Made by a program: the position numbers and the translations under genes | The notes under the pieces: model-generated | Told to the model about the DNA's origin: nothing | Databases searched by the model: none | What the model saw: only the letters and a program-made list of their open reading frames with translations | Assembly: GCF_006345805.1 (NCBI RefSeq) | Contig: NW_021832849.1 | Location: 1 to 64,000, forward strand | Direction of reading: 5' to 3' | Length of the DNA: 64,000 nucleotides | Source: Octopus sinensis | Lineage: Eukaryota | In this document: positions 13,731-27,819 of the stretch, in pieces | Layout of the letters: every line of letters starts with the position of its first letter | Position numbering within the stretch: position 1 is the stretch's first letter

Positions 13731-14260
13731 GAAATTAAATAAATAATGATTATATTGTCACTTATATGCGCACAGTGCGGGAAAGAAAAAAGACAAAGAG
13801 AAAAAGAGAAAATGAAAAGAATAGAAAGGTAGACAGAAAAAAGAAAGAAAGAGAGAAATGAGATTCTGAGGCAGAGCACACTTTGTATTAAATAATCCTT
13901 AATTCATTTGCCAATTCGCATCCTCCTCCCCTGCTGCTATCATGAATTGAATACATCAAACAGACCGAGACAAAGGGGAAAACAACACGGCTAACACCTG
14001 AGGCACACGAAGGAGTATGAGTCTGGGGCTTTATGCGAACAAAACAAATTGCATTCAAATGTGAAATAACAACTCTACTACTACTACTACAAGCATGGTG
14101 ACAGTAGGATGTACACATCAGGAATGTATTTGAACAAAGATCCAAACTGCTCAACTCTGTTAGGAAAATAAAGAAAAAGAAGCAAAAAACAAAAATCATA
14201 ATCTGAAAGAGATATAAACGTATAGATACACACAGGCGTGACTCTCTCTCTCTCCCTATG

Positions 14261-14345
<85 letters not shown>

Positions 14346-14350
14346 TATAT

Positions 14351-14538
14351 GAGAAGAAAATGGATGTAATAACCAGGGGAAACTCGTGGTTATCGCTGGT
14401 ATGCCTTTAATTTAATTACATAACAAAGAAGGACGCAAAGATGAAGGTAGCTTTCTTCTTCTTTGTTATCTAATTAAATTAAAGGCATACCAGCGATAAC
14501 CACGAGTTTCCCCTTGTTATTACATCCATTTTCTTCTC
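14351..14538. repeat. Near-perfect 188-bp fold-back (81-bp arms, ~26-nt loop); MITE-like or hairpin
   Basis: 14351-14431 is the reverse complement of 14458-14538 with 2 mismatches. Confidence 0.9.
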
Positions 14539-14689
14539 CTATATAACTTAAACTACGGTTTACCATCCGAACAACCTACTACCGCACAACCTTACAAAAG
14601 ACTGTACCTACCCAGGTAATAACCAGGAACGACTTTGGATTTGATTATCCCTCTGAGGTGTTAAACCCCTCTAACTGATAGCTACCTCC

Positions 14690-14737
<48 letters not shown>

Positions 14738-14845
14738 AACACACGCACACACACATAAATGATTACATGTCTTTAATCTATTTATCTATTTATCTGGCCA
14801 GCTAGCTATATGTATAGCTCTCCCTCTCTCTCTCTCTCTTATATA

Positions 14846-15654
14846 TATAATAAAAACTTACTTGGAGAATAAGAAAGTGACGCGTGGCGTTCAATCATAT
14901 AATAATTCAATAAATAAAACATATACATACATACATACATACATACATATATGTACATACCTACATCTATATGTATATATACATGAATATATGAGTACAG
15001 GACACCACAAATAAACGTAGAACACAACGAGAAACGAAAACATAAAATCAAACAAGGAAACGGACTTTTTGTAACAACGAAAAACAGAGTATAAGACAAA
15101 CAATACAAGGACTATTCCACTTCATCAGCTGCCCCTGTTTCGACTCAATGCGTGTTTCGAAGGTAAGGGCAGAACACGATCCGGCCGAAGCAGTCCTTCC
15201 TGCAAAATGAATTAAATAAAATTCTTTTGCAAAGGGGTAAAAAAGTGACAAGAACAGACGTAAAAACAATACAAATGAAGAAAAAAACAGTACAAATAAA
15301 GATAAAAACAGTAAAAGACAGGACAAGGAAACCAACAACAGGGGCTTTTTTTTAAGCCTAGGCGGTGGGAAAATTCGTTAGAACGCATTCTGAAGATCGG
15401 CTGCGGAAGACAGAAAAAAACGATGTTGACTTGTTGAAAGCAGCGGGAAGAAAGAAAGTTAGCAGTCCTCCGGTCAGCGGCCAGAGAGAGGAGGAGGAGT
15501 GAGAGAGAGAGAGGAGGTGGAGGAGTGAGAGAGAGAGAGGAAAAGAAACCCGAAAGGGTGAAAAATAAGAAGGAGAGAGACAGGTAGAGAGATTGTCATT
15601 ATATGATTGAACGCTACACGTCGTTTTCTTATTCTCCAAGTAAGTTTTTATTAT
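14846..15654. mobile_element. Non-autonomous element with ~58-bp terminal inverted repeats, superfamily unassigned
   Basis: tataataaaaacttacttggagaataagaaa..gacg.gt.gcgttcaatcatataat at both ends in inverted orientation, 4 mismatches; no ORF. Confidence 0.75.
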
Positions 15655-15711
15655 AATAATTATGACGCGAACTCTTAACTCTTTACTTGATCTTTCCTCC
15701 CTGTCTGTCTT

Positions 15712-16400
15712 CCTCTCTACCTGTCTCTCTCCTTATTTTTCACCCTTTCTGGTTTATTTTCCTCTCTCTTTCCCTCTCACTCCTCCCCCCTCCTCCTCCT
15801 CCTCTCTCTCTCTCACTCCTCCTCCTCTCTCTGGCCGCTGACCGGAGGACTGCTAACTTTCTTTCTTCCCGCTGCTTTCAACAAGTCAACATCGGTTTTT
15901 TTCTGTCTTCCGCAAGCCGATCTTCAGAATGCGTTCTAACGAATTTTTCCACCGTCTAGGCTTAAAAAAAGCTCTTATTGTTGGTTTCCTTGTCTTGTTT
16001 TTATTCTTTATTTGTACTGTTTTTTTCTTCATTTGTATTGTTTTTACGTCCTGTTCTTGTCACTTTTTTACCCCTTTGCAAAAGAATTTTATTTAATTCA
16101 TTTTGCAGGAAGGATTGCTTCGGCCGGATCGTGTTCTGCCCTTACCTTCGAAACACGCATTGAGTCGAAACAGGGGCAGCTGAAGAAGGGGAATGTTCCC
16201 TCTGTTGCTTGTCTTGTACTCTGTTTTTTCGTTGTTAAAAAAAGTCCGTTTCCTTGTTTTGTTTCTATGTTTTCGTTTCTTGTTGTGTTCTACGTTTATT
16301 TGTGGTGTCCTGTACTCATATATGCATGTATACATACATATAGATGTAGGTATGTACATATATGTATGTATGTATGCATATGTTTTATTTATTGAATTGT

Positions 16401-16408
<8 letters not shown>
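15712..16408. repeat. Inverted second copy of the interior of the 14846-15654 element, lacking the TIRs
   Basis: Mirror-image sequence; paired ORF translations 15358-15639(-) vs 15687-15959(+) and 15048-15338(-) vs 16012-16395(+). Confidence 0.9.
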
Positions 16409-16444
<36 letters not shown>

Positions 16445-16447
16445 GTA

Positions 16448-16483
<36 letters not shown>

Positions 16484-16988
16484 TGTATGTATGTGTATGT
16501 ATGTATGTGTGTATGTGTGTATGTATGTATGTATGTATGTATGCATCTATGTATACCTATCTATCTATCTAGCTATGCCTGTGTCGATAACAAACATGAC
16601 CGAGGCTGAATTTGAACTCACAATATAGAGAGCCGAACCAAATACTACATGCTATGCTGTCTGACACTCTAATGACTCCACCATTTCGAAGCCTTTTGGC
16701 GACTTTTCTCTCAAGATTTGTATCGGGACCATTTTAATTACCAGTTGAACTTAAAAGTTGTGTCATAATATAGTCACGTGATGCGAACTACTGCATTTCA
16801 AATTTGATTGAAGTTGAATAATTTATTAAAGTTAATTAAAATTTTGGATTTGTCTTCCTTTTCTTTTCCTTTTTTTTTAATCCGAAGTAATCGTTTAAAG
16901 AAAACATTGTTTTCGTTAATGTTTGTAATTTTAGATACATTCTTATGATTTACAACGTCAAATATGCTAGTACTCAAATAACTGTATC

Positions 16989-17345
<357 letters not shown>

Positions 17346-17897
17346 TGTGTGTCTGTGGGATTGCCTCGCTGCCTGTCCGCTTGTCTGTCTGTCTGTCTGT
17401 GTGTCTGTGGGATTGCCTGGCTGCCTGTCCGCTTGTCTGCCTGTTTGCCTGTCTATCTGTGTATAAATGTTATATATATCTATATCTATATCTATTTACA
17501 CACACACATACATGTACACACACGCATGCACACACATAGAAATCAAATTCTAAACAATAAACCTTGAATGGTTGTTCAGCAACGCAGCAACTATGCAGTC
17601 GTCACGATGCATGTTTATGCATTATTTAGACAAGGAATTGTCATAACTTCTGCTCGATAGATCGCTTATTTGCATATTTGGCAGCAGTTGGAACTTTGGC
17701 TCAAAGTCAGTTCTTTTGCATGTTGGGAATATTTCAACGAGATTCACATATCAACAATAGCAATTTGAGTGTGGGTGTATGTATGTGAGTGTGTCAGTAT
17801 AAACGCGCGCACACACACACATACACACACATACATATAAACACACATATGCACGCACACACACACATATGTATATATATATATATATTTGTGTATG

Positions 17898-17931
<34 letters not shown>

Positions 17932-17963
17932 GTGTGTGTGTGTATTATGTATGTAGGTATGAT

Positions 17964-18035
<72 letters not shown>

Positions 18036-18085
18036 CACACACACATAAACACATATATATTATGTTTATATATATGTATTATGCA

Positions 18086-18150
<65 letters not shown>

Positions 18151-18164
18151 ATGTAAATTCTTTT

Positions 18165-18571
18165 ATTCTCTTACTTGTTTCGGTCATTTGACTGCGGCCA
18201 TGGTGGAACACCGCCTTTAGTTGAACAACTCGACCCCAGAACTTATTCTTTGTAAGCCTAGTACGTACTCAATTGGTCTCTTTTACCGAGCCGCTAAGTT
18301 ACGGGGGCGTAAACACACTAACATCGGTTCTCAATCGATAATGGAGGGGGGACAAACTCAGACACACGCCCGCACGCACGCACACACACACACTTACACA
18401 CACACACACACGACGAGCTTCTTTCGGTTTCCGTCTACCAAATCCATTCACAAGGCTTTGGTCGGCCCGAGGCTATAGTGGAACACTTGCCCAAGGTGCT
18501 ACGCAGTGAGACTGAACCCGGAACCATGTTGTTGGGAAGCAAGCTTCTTACTACACAGCCACACCTGCGCC
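18165..18571 (-). mobile_element. Full-length SINE family A
   Basis: Reverse complement of 12381-12850. Confidence 0.9.
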
Positions 18572-18664
18572 TATATATATATATATATATATACGCCTAT
18601 ATGTATATATATACACACATAGATACATATACATACATATATGCACACATATATCTACATATGT

Positions 18665-18976
18665 GGAGGCGCAATAGCCCAGTGGTTAGGGCAGCGGACT
18701 CGCGGTCGGAAGATCGCGGTTTCGATTTCCAGACCGGGCGTTGTGTGTGTTTATTGAGCGAAAACACCTAAAAGCTCCACGAGGCTCCGACAGGGGGTGG
18801 TAGCAACCCCTGTTGTACTCTTTCGCCACAAGTTTCTCTCACTCTCTCTTCCTGTTTCTTGAGTAAAGCTGCGATAGACTAGCGTCCCGTCTAGCTGGGG
18901 TGGAGTGGGGGGGGCATATACGCCACAGAAACCGGGAAACCGGGCCCATGAGCCTGGCTAGGCTTGAAAAGGGCGA
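18665..18976 (+). mobile_element. tRNA-derived SINE, distinct family D
   Basis: tagcccagtggttag (A box) and ggtttcgatttcc (B box); the tail gcgatagactagcgtcccgtc..acagaaaccggg has a degraded relative at 50520-50630. Confidence 0.7.
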
Positions 18977-20404
18977 CGTTTATCGTTATATCTACATATA
19001 ATATAGAATCATATATTTACAGAGACAAACATACTGATACATATACAACTTACATACATAGATACACACATAAGGAGAAAGTATTCGATGCAAAAAGTGA
19101 AATTAATATTAAGTGCCCACATTAAAAGTGTAATTTGGTTTGTTCCTGCAGCGAGTTCTGCGGTCCCGCTTTCGATGAGACTAAGGTTTTCCTTATAACT
19201 TACGGCCTGACATGATGTTATATATTTGCTCAAATTGAAGCTTATAAATACTCAGATTTTACAATGCAAATACTTGAAGTATAAAATTTAACGCGTAAAA
19301 TATATAACTGTAAAGAAAAAGCTCGAAAATATGTGCAAATTCAAACTGACAGTCTAAAGAAATTTTGTAGAAAGAAACCAAGATATACAAAAAATGAAAC
19401 TGAAGAGAATAAGTCAGGAGAGGTAAAGTAGAAAAAGAGATAAAGATAGGCGAGATGATGATAAAGAAAGAGAGAGGAGGTGATAAGAGTTAGAACATAT
19501 TTCAAGCTAATATAATAGTGGATAGAATGAGATACGATTATTGCATAATGGCTACAGCGTATATTTATGAGGAAGAAGCGTGAAGGTGAATAAGAAAATG
19601 TATGGTTTGTGATTACATAAGTAGGGAGAAATAAGAAAAAGGTGTTAAAGATAAGAAAAGAGAGAAAATGTCAGGGTAAAATATATATATAAAAAAGGAA
19701 GCGAAAAAGTGAGGTAGAGAGGAACAGTAGGAGGAGAACTACCTATAAGGTTCTTATATAAATAAAATAAAGGGAAAGGCCCTTCAAGATTCTATAGACA
19801 AAATCGAATTCTTTCTCAGTTATGAGAAAAAGAGACGTCAGTTTGCTAATAGTTTTCATTCTTATGCGAAATAACTTTGAGCACTTACCTAATAGAGTCT
19901 TTGACTGAGAACGCGGATTAAGAGAACTCTGAATATTCATAAGATGCTTATAGAACTTCAAGGAAAACGAGCGGAGAATTTCAAAGAAATTCTATCTATA
20001 AAATTGCAATATATTCAGCCTCGATAGGCAGAATAAAGTTACGTAGAATACGCTTGCTTTGGGAACAACTTTTCCAAATGAACTCATCCCTAGTTGAGAG
20101 GAAGCGCCAATACGCAGAGATTCTTTTTTACAGCTATACAAGCAGCACGATCTAGATCCTCCAGAATATGGTGTAGCAAAGTGGACCACCGATCGTAGTA
20201 TGTTAAAGTTAGTGGTCATCATTCTTTATTCTCCAGACACGCTGTGAAAGAGAGGTGGTACTTCTGTTCTCTGGTTGGCTGAAAAAATGTCTGTTGTGTA
20301 GTAGCTCTTAAGAGTATGTTCTATCGTGTCTAAATTAGTTTGTTTACAGTAGCCTGCTAACTTTACTTACAGAGGCATTTGCCATCGAACAGACATAAAC
20401 TGAT

Positions 20405-20642
20405 ATATTTCTTTACTACCCACAAGGGGCTAAACACAGAGATGACAAACAAGAACAGACAAACGGATTAAGTCGATTACATCGACACCAGTGCGTAACT
20501 TAAGTGGTACTTAATTTATCGACCCGAAAGGATGAAAGGCAAAGTTGACCTCGGCGGAATTTGAACTCAGAACGTAACGGCAGACGAAATACGGCTACGC
20601 ATTTCGCCCGGCGTGCCAACGTTTCTGCCAGCTCGCCGCCTT
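20405..20642 (-). mobile_element. Full-length SINE family B with Tx1-like tail
   Basis: Reverse complement of 5361-5594. Confidence 0.9.
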
Positions 20643-21370
20643 TCAGTCATAAATTGATATTAGAACAACTACATTCAGACAGGTTAGTTATATGACGTAC
20701 GGCTATTATTGTGATATTTTATTCTTTGTTGCCAGAAATGATATTGTAATGTCTTTCATACAGCTGTGATATATGGAGTTATGGAGTTTTTGTTAAAATT
20801 TTTGTGGTGTCGGCGACCAATCGGAAAGTTCTTCTGTAAACTGAAACGAACTTCTTTTCGATTTTGGATTCAACACCTAAGCTGTAAACCAGGTCATGTT
20901 ATGCTCGCGTGATTCTGATGTTGGTGCGAAATGCTTCGATATTGTCCAGATTGTATTATTTCTTGGAAGCCGCTCTCTTTCTTAAGCATTATTCTTATAG
21001 ATTGATGCTCAGTTAAAGTTTACTTAATCTGGCATTGAAATTACACAACTAATTTTATTCATTAAATTCTATAAGGTTACAGGGCGGTTGATTGGTATAT
21101 ATATATTATATTCAGATAGCTCTTATTGGTTTAGCGGTATGAATTCGAATTTAAAGCTGTGACGATGAAGCTTTTTGAAATAATCTTCGTATGGTATATA
21201 CGCATGTATAAAGTGCCTTATTTCATATTTAATTTTAAATGTAAAAAAAATAAAAACACTCGTGTGTGAGGTGCATTATTTCATATTTAATTTTAAACGT
21301 AAAAAATAACTGGAGTAAAGCTAAAACTACGAAGGGAAAAAATTTTGTACCAAGATTTAATACTAAATTA

Positions 21371-21402
21371 GGGGTGCGACTTCTACACAAGTAAATACGA
21401 TA
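21371..21402. mobile_element. Single pogo/Tigger-like terminal inverted repeat
   Basis: ggggtgcgacttctacacaagtaaatacgata resembles the right end of pogo-like elements (..tacacgagtaaatacggta, recalled consensus); partner TIR not found. Confidence 0.4.
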
Positions 21403-21413
21403 AATGACCATAA

Positions 21414-21484
<71 letters not shown>

Positions 21485-21577
21485 AATAGTGCTACATTTA
21501 CAGTATGCTATGCATGTATATGAATATTTGCTTTTATATATGCAAGGGTGCTCGATATTATAGAATAGTGCTTAAAA

Positions 21578-21792
21578 AGTGGTGAGTTGGCAGAATCGTT
21601 AGCACATCGGACAAAATAATTAGAAGTATTTCTTTCGTCTCTTTGCGTTCTGAGTTCAAATTCTTCCGAGGTCGGCCTAGCCTTTCATTCCCCGAGGTCG
21701 ATAAATAAAGTACTAGTCAAATACTGGGGTCGATTTTATTGACTTATTCTGTTTCCCCAAATTGCTGACCTAGTGCCAAAATTTGAATCCAA
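21578..21792 (+). mobile_element. SINE family B with a third tail type (..ctagtgccaaaatttgaatcc)
   Basis: Head and body homologous to the other B copies. Confidence 0.8.
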
Positions 21793-21981
21793 TACGTTAA
21801 GCTTTTTAATCATCTGCAAGAAGTAGTAGTTAAATCAACAACAGATCACCACCTTATATCTTTAAAATATGACTGAGTACATGATGTAGTTATAGATATA
21901 ACTACATAATATATTAATTTTTATTATATTTAATATATATTTATATATATATATATATGTGTACATATATGTATATATATA

Positions 21982-22017
<36 letters not shown>

Positions 22018-22917
22018 TATATGTGTGTTTTTAAAGTCTTTGCTCGCTTATGAAGTGTTCAGGTGAATGGTAACACTTGTTACAGGTTGTTTTTTTTTTA
22101 CAGAATATTTAGTTAATATTCCACAACAGATTCATAAGATCGGAATACAAAGGAACAATGGATAATCTGCTGTTTTCTCTCAAAATACAGAAGACAACAG
22201 ATTTTATTTATTTACAATAAAAAGTGAAAAAAGAAAAAGAAGTTACCAATTTCTTTGGTTATATAAGTATATATGCTACCTGTATAAATAGGGTAAGGGT
22301 GAAGACTCCTTCGATCATGAATGACCTTGGGATTGCACCTGGAAATATAATAAAAAACAAAAGATAGGATGGCCCTAAGTGGAACGATTTTTATCATAGA
22401 TCTGTACAATAATAACTGATCTGGTGGGGAAAAAAACATTCATTAAAATGGTCTTCCGACATTTGTAGCGTGGATTTTTCTAGAATCGAGCAAGTTGCAA
22501 ATACCAAATTTATCTTCCACAGGGTTCGAAAACAAACCCTCCCCCTTACAAATATGCCAGCATCATTGCGGTAGTTCCAGTGTATATATTTTCTAAATTG
22601 GGAATTGAATTATTCTTCCAATTTAACACTGTCTCACGCTGTTTTTTTGGGGTTTGTGTGTTAAAAAAATATAATGTAAAATATTTGTGGTGATTTACAA
22701 AAAACAAAATGGCGTGAATTGGTTGTGTTGTATAAAAACAAAAACATTGAGAGCAGCTGGACGTCTGACTAATTGTGTTGTCAAATTTGTATAAATTACA
22801 GATAATGAAAGCTAATGGGCTGGAAATAAATGAAAACAAATAGACAAAACAAATAAATTAAAGCTAGTAGCTACATTCAGGATGTATACCATCACATTGG
22901 AAATGTAATCTATTCTA

Positions 22918-22990
<73 letters not shown>

Positions 22991-23324
22991 GACGGAGAGA
23001 TCGATAGAAAAATGTAGAAAAATATATATAGACATAGACTAATAGATAGACATATAGCTGTCTATATAAGCTGCAGCAGACAATATAATGTAGCTTAAGG
23101 CAAGATACATTATTTGCCTTGAGTCTGTTGATTGTGCTGGATGAAAAAAAACGAAAAAAATAGACAAGATCTATTCTCGCTTTCCTCCCGCCGCTTCACA
23201 GTTGTACAGTTATTTAAAGGAAGCTCTCCCCACACCAATCAATCATAGAAAGGTTACTTCCTCTCCTCTCGCCATTTCAAAGTTGTACAGTTACTTTTTA
23301 TTTTTTTATCTTGTATATGTTTTA

Positions 23325-23563
23325 GTGTTTGGACTGCCGCCATGCTGGAGCACCGCCTTGAAGGGTTTAGCCGAGTAAATCGATTCCAGTACATCCTTCT
23401 TTTTTAAAGTCTGCTATTTACTCCCCCGTTCTCTTTTGCCGAACCGCTAAATTGCGGGGTTAGAAACAAACCAGCATCATACAGTTCTATATTTAAGAGA
23501 TGAGGAATTATTTACATTATTTACAATTGACGGATATTTGCCAAACGGTGGATCAACAACCAC

Positions 23564-23600
<37 letters not shown>

Positions 23601-24760
23601 CACACACACACACACACAAAGGATATGAAGAGTTGGATGACTTAAACTAAGAGGCAGCGTTTTGAGTCCTTAAATATTTAATACTATTTTTTAGTATCCG
23701 TTACCATTCGCAGGAGTGGCTGTGTGGTAAGTAGCTTGCTTACCGACCACATGGTTCCGGGTTCAGTCCCACTGCGTGGTACTTTGGGCAAGTGTCTTCT
23801 ACTATAGCCTCGGGCCGATGTGAGTGGATTTGGTAGACGTACATATATATATATATATATATATATACATAATTAAAGTCAAAATGAGGGTGAAAAAATT
23901 GGATATTAGTTTAATAACATCAGTTTAAACACCAGTGGTCTAGCGCATAAAAGACTGAGATTTAGTAGATATTATTAAAACACAAATATGAGAGAGAATC
24001 CACTATGTAGACGCTCTTACGCTAGATATAGATCCGCAAAGGGACTCAACCACTAAGAATTGTTCTCAAGAAAAAATTTAGCACACTAAGAACGTAAGCG
24101 AGCAGGACAAATGAAAAATAACAAAAGTATAGATTAACCCCATGCAATTGTTTCACTGTTAATAAATTATGCAATTTTACTTACATAATTATCCTCAGAT
24201 CATATATATATATATATTTGACTTCGGCCATGCTGGAGCATCGCTTTTAGTCGAGCAAATCGCCCCCCCACCAGGACTTATTTTTTGTAAGCCTAGTATC
24301 GATCTATTTTGCCGAACCGCTAAGTGACAGGGACGTAAATGCACCAGCATCGGTTGTCAAGCGATGACGGGGGACAAACACAGACACACATATACACACA
24401 CACATACATACATATATATACATACATACTGTGGGCTTCTTTCAGTTTCCGTCTACCAAATCCACTCACAAGGCTTTCTTCGGCTCGAGGCTTTAGTAGA
24501 AGACACTTGCCCAAGGTGCCACGCAGTGGGACTGAACCCGGAACCATGTGGTTGGTAAGCAAGCTACTTACAACACAGCCACATGCACGACGGGCTTCCA
24601 CTCAGTTTCCGTGTTTCTGTCTATCAAATTCATTCAAAAAGCACTGATCGGTCCGTGGCTATAGGAGAAGACATTTACCCAAGGTACCGCACAATGGGAA
24701 TGAACACGAAACCACGTTGTTACCAAGTGAACTTCTTATCTACACTGCCATGCCTGCGCC
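23325..24760. mobile_element. Cluster of SINE family A pieces: 23325-23475(-), 23709-23839(+), 24215-24587(-), 24587-24760(-)
   Basis: Homology to 12381-12850. Confidence 0.85.
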
Positions 24761-25492
24761 AATCTTTTTTGTTTTCTTTATTTTACAGTTTTTACCAGGA
24801 AGGGAAGGGTAACCTCGATGACTGTTATTTTTTCTCCAGGACACAGTGACTTGTAAGAGAATAGAAGGGACTTATTCACTAATCTTAGACTTGACTTCAA
24901 TACATATCACAGAGTGGACTCCAGAGCGAAAACTTCGAACACAAAGAAACAGAAATCACCCAAGAATTCCGCCAATCTTTTGCTCTCGATCAGTGCTTTA
25001 TCATCAACACCGAAAGGATGAAACGGGAAGTTGACCGCGGCAGCATTTGAACTTCATTATTCAGAAGGCTGGAAAAAGTACCGCAGAGGACTTTGTTTGT
25101 CGTTCAGTCGATTCTAATTCTACTAATTTACTGTTAATTAATTTGCTCAAGCTCGAAAAAGAAGTTTAGCAAAGTTCAGGTCAGAGGTGTTTGATCCCAG
25201 ATCTCAGAGAGCTGGAACAAATACCGCAAGGCATTTTGTCCTGCGCTTTAACGACTCTGCTAGCTCACCACTTATGTTGTTTACATGTCTGTCTGTCTGT
25301 ATGTATGTCTGTATGTCTGTATGTCTGTATGTATGTATAGTTCTATATTTAAGAGATGAGAAATTATGTACATTATTTATATTACTTACATTTGACATAC
25401 AAGATGAGAAATATCCGTCAAATGTGAATAATGTGTATGTATGTATGTGTCTTCTCGTTCGTCTTTCTGTTTACCTACCTATTCATGTTTGT

Positions 25493-25600
<108 letters not shown>

Positions 25601-26609
25601 ATGTGTGTCTGTGTGTCTGTGTGTCTGTCTGTGTGTGTTTGTCTGTCTGCGTGTCTGTCTGCCTGCCTGTGTGTCTATGTGCCTGTCTGCTTGATTGCCT
25701 GTCTGTCTATCTACCTGTCTGCCTGATTGTTTGTCTGTCAGTCTGTCTAGAATTATCAGTAAAAATACGTTACAGGAAAACTGTGGAGTTGCATCAGATG
25801 GGTCGTGTTTGTTTTTGGGTGAAGGTAGATACATTTCGTCCTCCAGTTCACCTCTCAACAATCATATCGAACGTAGCTCTGGATGGAGACTTGGAAAATA
25901 TTCACTGGTCATTATCCAGTTCCTGTTTGTTTCATTTGGATGTAGGAAGAACATAACTGCTTTAAATATTCGGCAAACTATCCTAGTAGTTAGTACTTCA
26001 TATCAGATAGTGTCATTGCAATACGTCCTTGACTTTCGATGGCCAAGTCAAAGACTCTCAAAAGAGTATACATACATGCATACATACATGCATACTTGCA
26101 TACATACATAAATACATACATACGTACATACATACTTGCATACATACATAAATATATACATACATACATGCATACATATATACTTACATACATATATACA
26201 TAAATACGTACATACATACATACATACATACATACATTCATAAATACATACGTATACATACATACATACATACATACATACATACATACATGCATGCATG
26301 TATGCATACATACATACATACATACATACATACATACATACATACATGCATACATACATAGGCGCAGGCGTGGCTGTATGGTATGAAGGCGTTTCCCAAC
26401 CATAGTTCCGGGTTCAGTCACCACTATCGCCAGCAGTACTACCATGAACATCTCTATCAACATCACTGCCAACACCAGCATCAATGTTACCAACAAGACC
26501 ACCACCACCGCCACCGCCACCACCACCACCGCCGCCGCCATGCCAACAACACCAATACAACTACCCCCGACACCACCAACATCGTCATCACTATAACCAG
26601 CAAGAACAC

Positions 26610-26830
26610 TATCGCCAGCAATTAACGTGGGAGCCTTCTCACAGTAATTCGACCTGCTAGAAGTAGCAGCTACATCTTCTACATCAAATCTTATTGTCTT
26701 TAAAAATGAAAGACATATTGGGCAATGTAATGCTAAATATACAACAGGTGAGATGGTCATATTTAGAATGCCTTTGATAATAGGTCTGCTCGATCAAAGC
26801 TGACTTGAAGCCAAGTACCTCCACTGCCAC
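26610..26830 (+). repeat. Degraded dispersed repeat family E (also 33245-33600; fragments at 21810-21890 and 40250-40340)
   Basis: Shared gacctgctagaa..agcagctaaatct..gaatgcctttga..gctgac.t.g motif order; ends in (CAG/CAA)n, SINE-like. Confidence 0.55.
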
Positions 26831-26873
26831 CTACGCCAACCTCACAATTACTATAACCATTATCAACAACAAT

Positions 26874-26905
<32 letters not shown>

Positions 26906-27679
26906 GAACAACAACAACAACAGAAACAAATAACGTCATATGTTGCAGTTTAATAAAATAATTTTTAAAATATTTCTTAAAAGAAATTTATTCATTTATT
27001 TTTTAAAATTTTAATATTTGTTTTCCCCAGTTTGTGATTTCATAACATTTTTACATTTATAAAGTAAATATCAAATATTGATTTGCTTCAATTAAAATTT
27101 TACTTTTCGCTTTTTGACATCAAAAGGTTTTAGTTATTAAAGCCGGCTTCCAATTTCTTGGGAGGAAAATCAACCCGAGGCGAAGATTAAATTTGGTCTC
27201 CTGTTTACATTTCAATATCTTACATCTCACAATTACATGGATTTAAATCTAAAAAAAAGAAGAAAAAAAACTAAATAAACAATCAAACAAAAACAACAAC
27301 AAAAAACCCCCAAAAACCTGAGTAGAAAAAGACTAACAAAATCTCCAACACAATTGCGCAAAAAACAAATAAGAAAGACTAATAATAACAAGAACAGCAG
27401 CAACAAATAGTTTTTAGTCTTATTTTCCTAATTTTTATATTTTATTGGCAACATTGTAAAATAGTGAATTCAAGATGACGGCCCAAACTTTACATTTCCA
27501 TTCCATGGTTGCTAGTTCGTTATTTCTGGAGTAATTACTAAATTCCAAAAGTGCCTTTTAAAGATTTTGATCAATGATGTATGTATGTATGTATGTATGT
27601 ATGTATGTATGTATGTATGTATGTATGTATGTATGTTTGTATGTATGTATGTATGTATGTATGTATGTTTGTATGTATG

Positions 27680-27713
<34 letters not shown>

Positions 27714-27735
27714 TATATGCATGCAATTATGTATA

Positions 27736-27794
<59 letters not shown>

Positions 27795-27819
27795 TTTCTT
27801 CTATATAAAAATCTTTTTG

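Noticed and set aside
16140-16205. Type II hammerhead permutation (GAAA..GTC..CTGAAGA)
   Set aside because: The segment that must form stem I (gaaacaggggcag) cannot pair.
17668-17675. Octamer motif ATTTGCAT in unique sequence
   Set aside because: A single 8-mer is expected by chance in 64 kb of AT-rich DNA.
19700-20340. Possible transposase remnant
   Set aside because: Complex sequence, but I found no DDE or HTH motif I could support in any frame.
22523-22574. Plus-strand terminal exon candidate (VRKQTLPLTNMPASLR*) after ttatcttccacag
   Set aside because: Good acceptor, but the peptide is unrecognised and there are no linked upstream exons; such sites arise by chance.
25990-26760. 256-aa ORF (and the 246-aa ORF at 32473-33213)
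   Set aside because: Built from (CATA)n, (CAC/CAA)n and SINE fragments.
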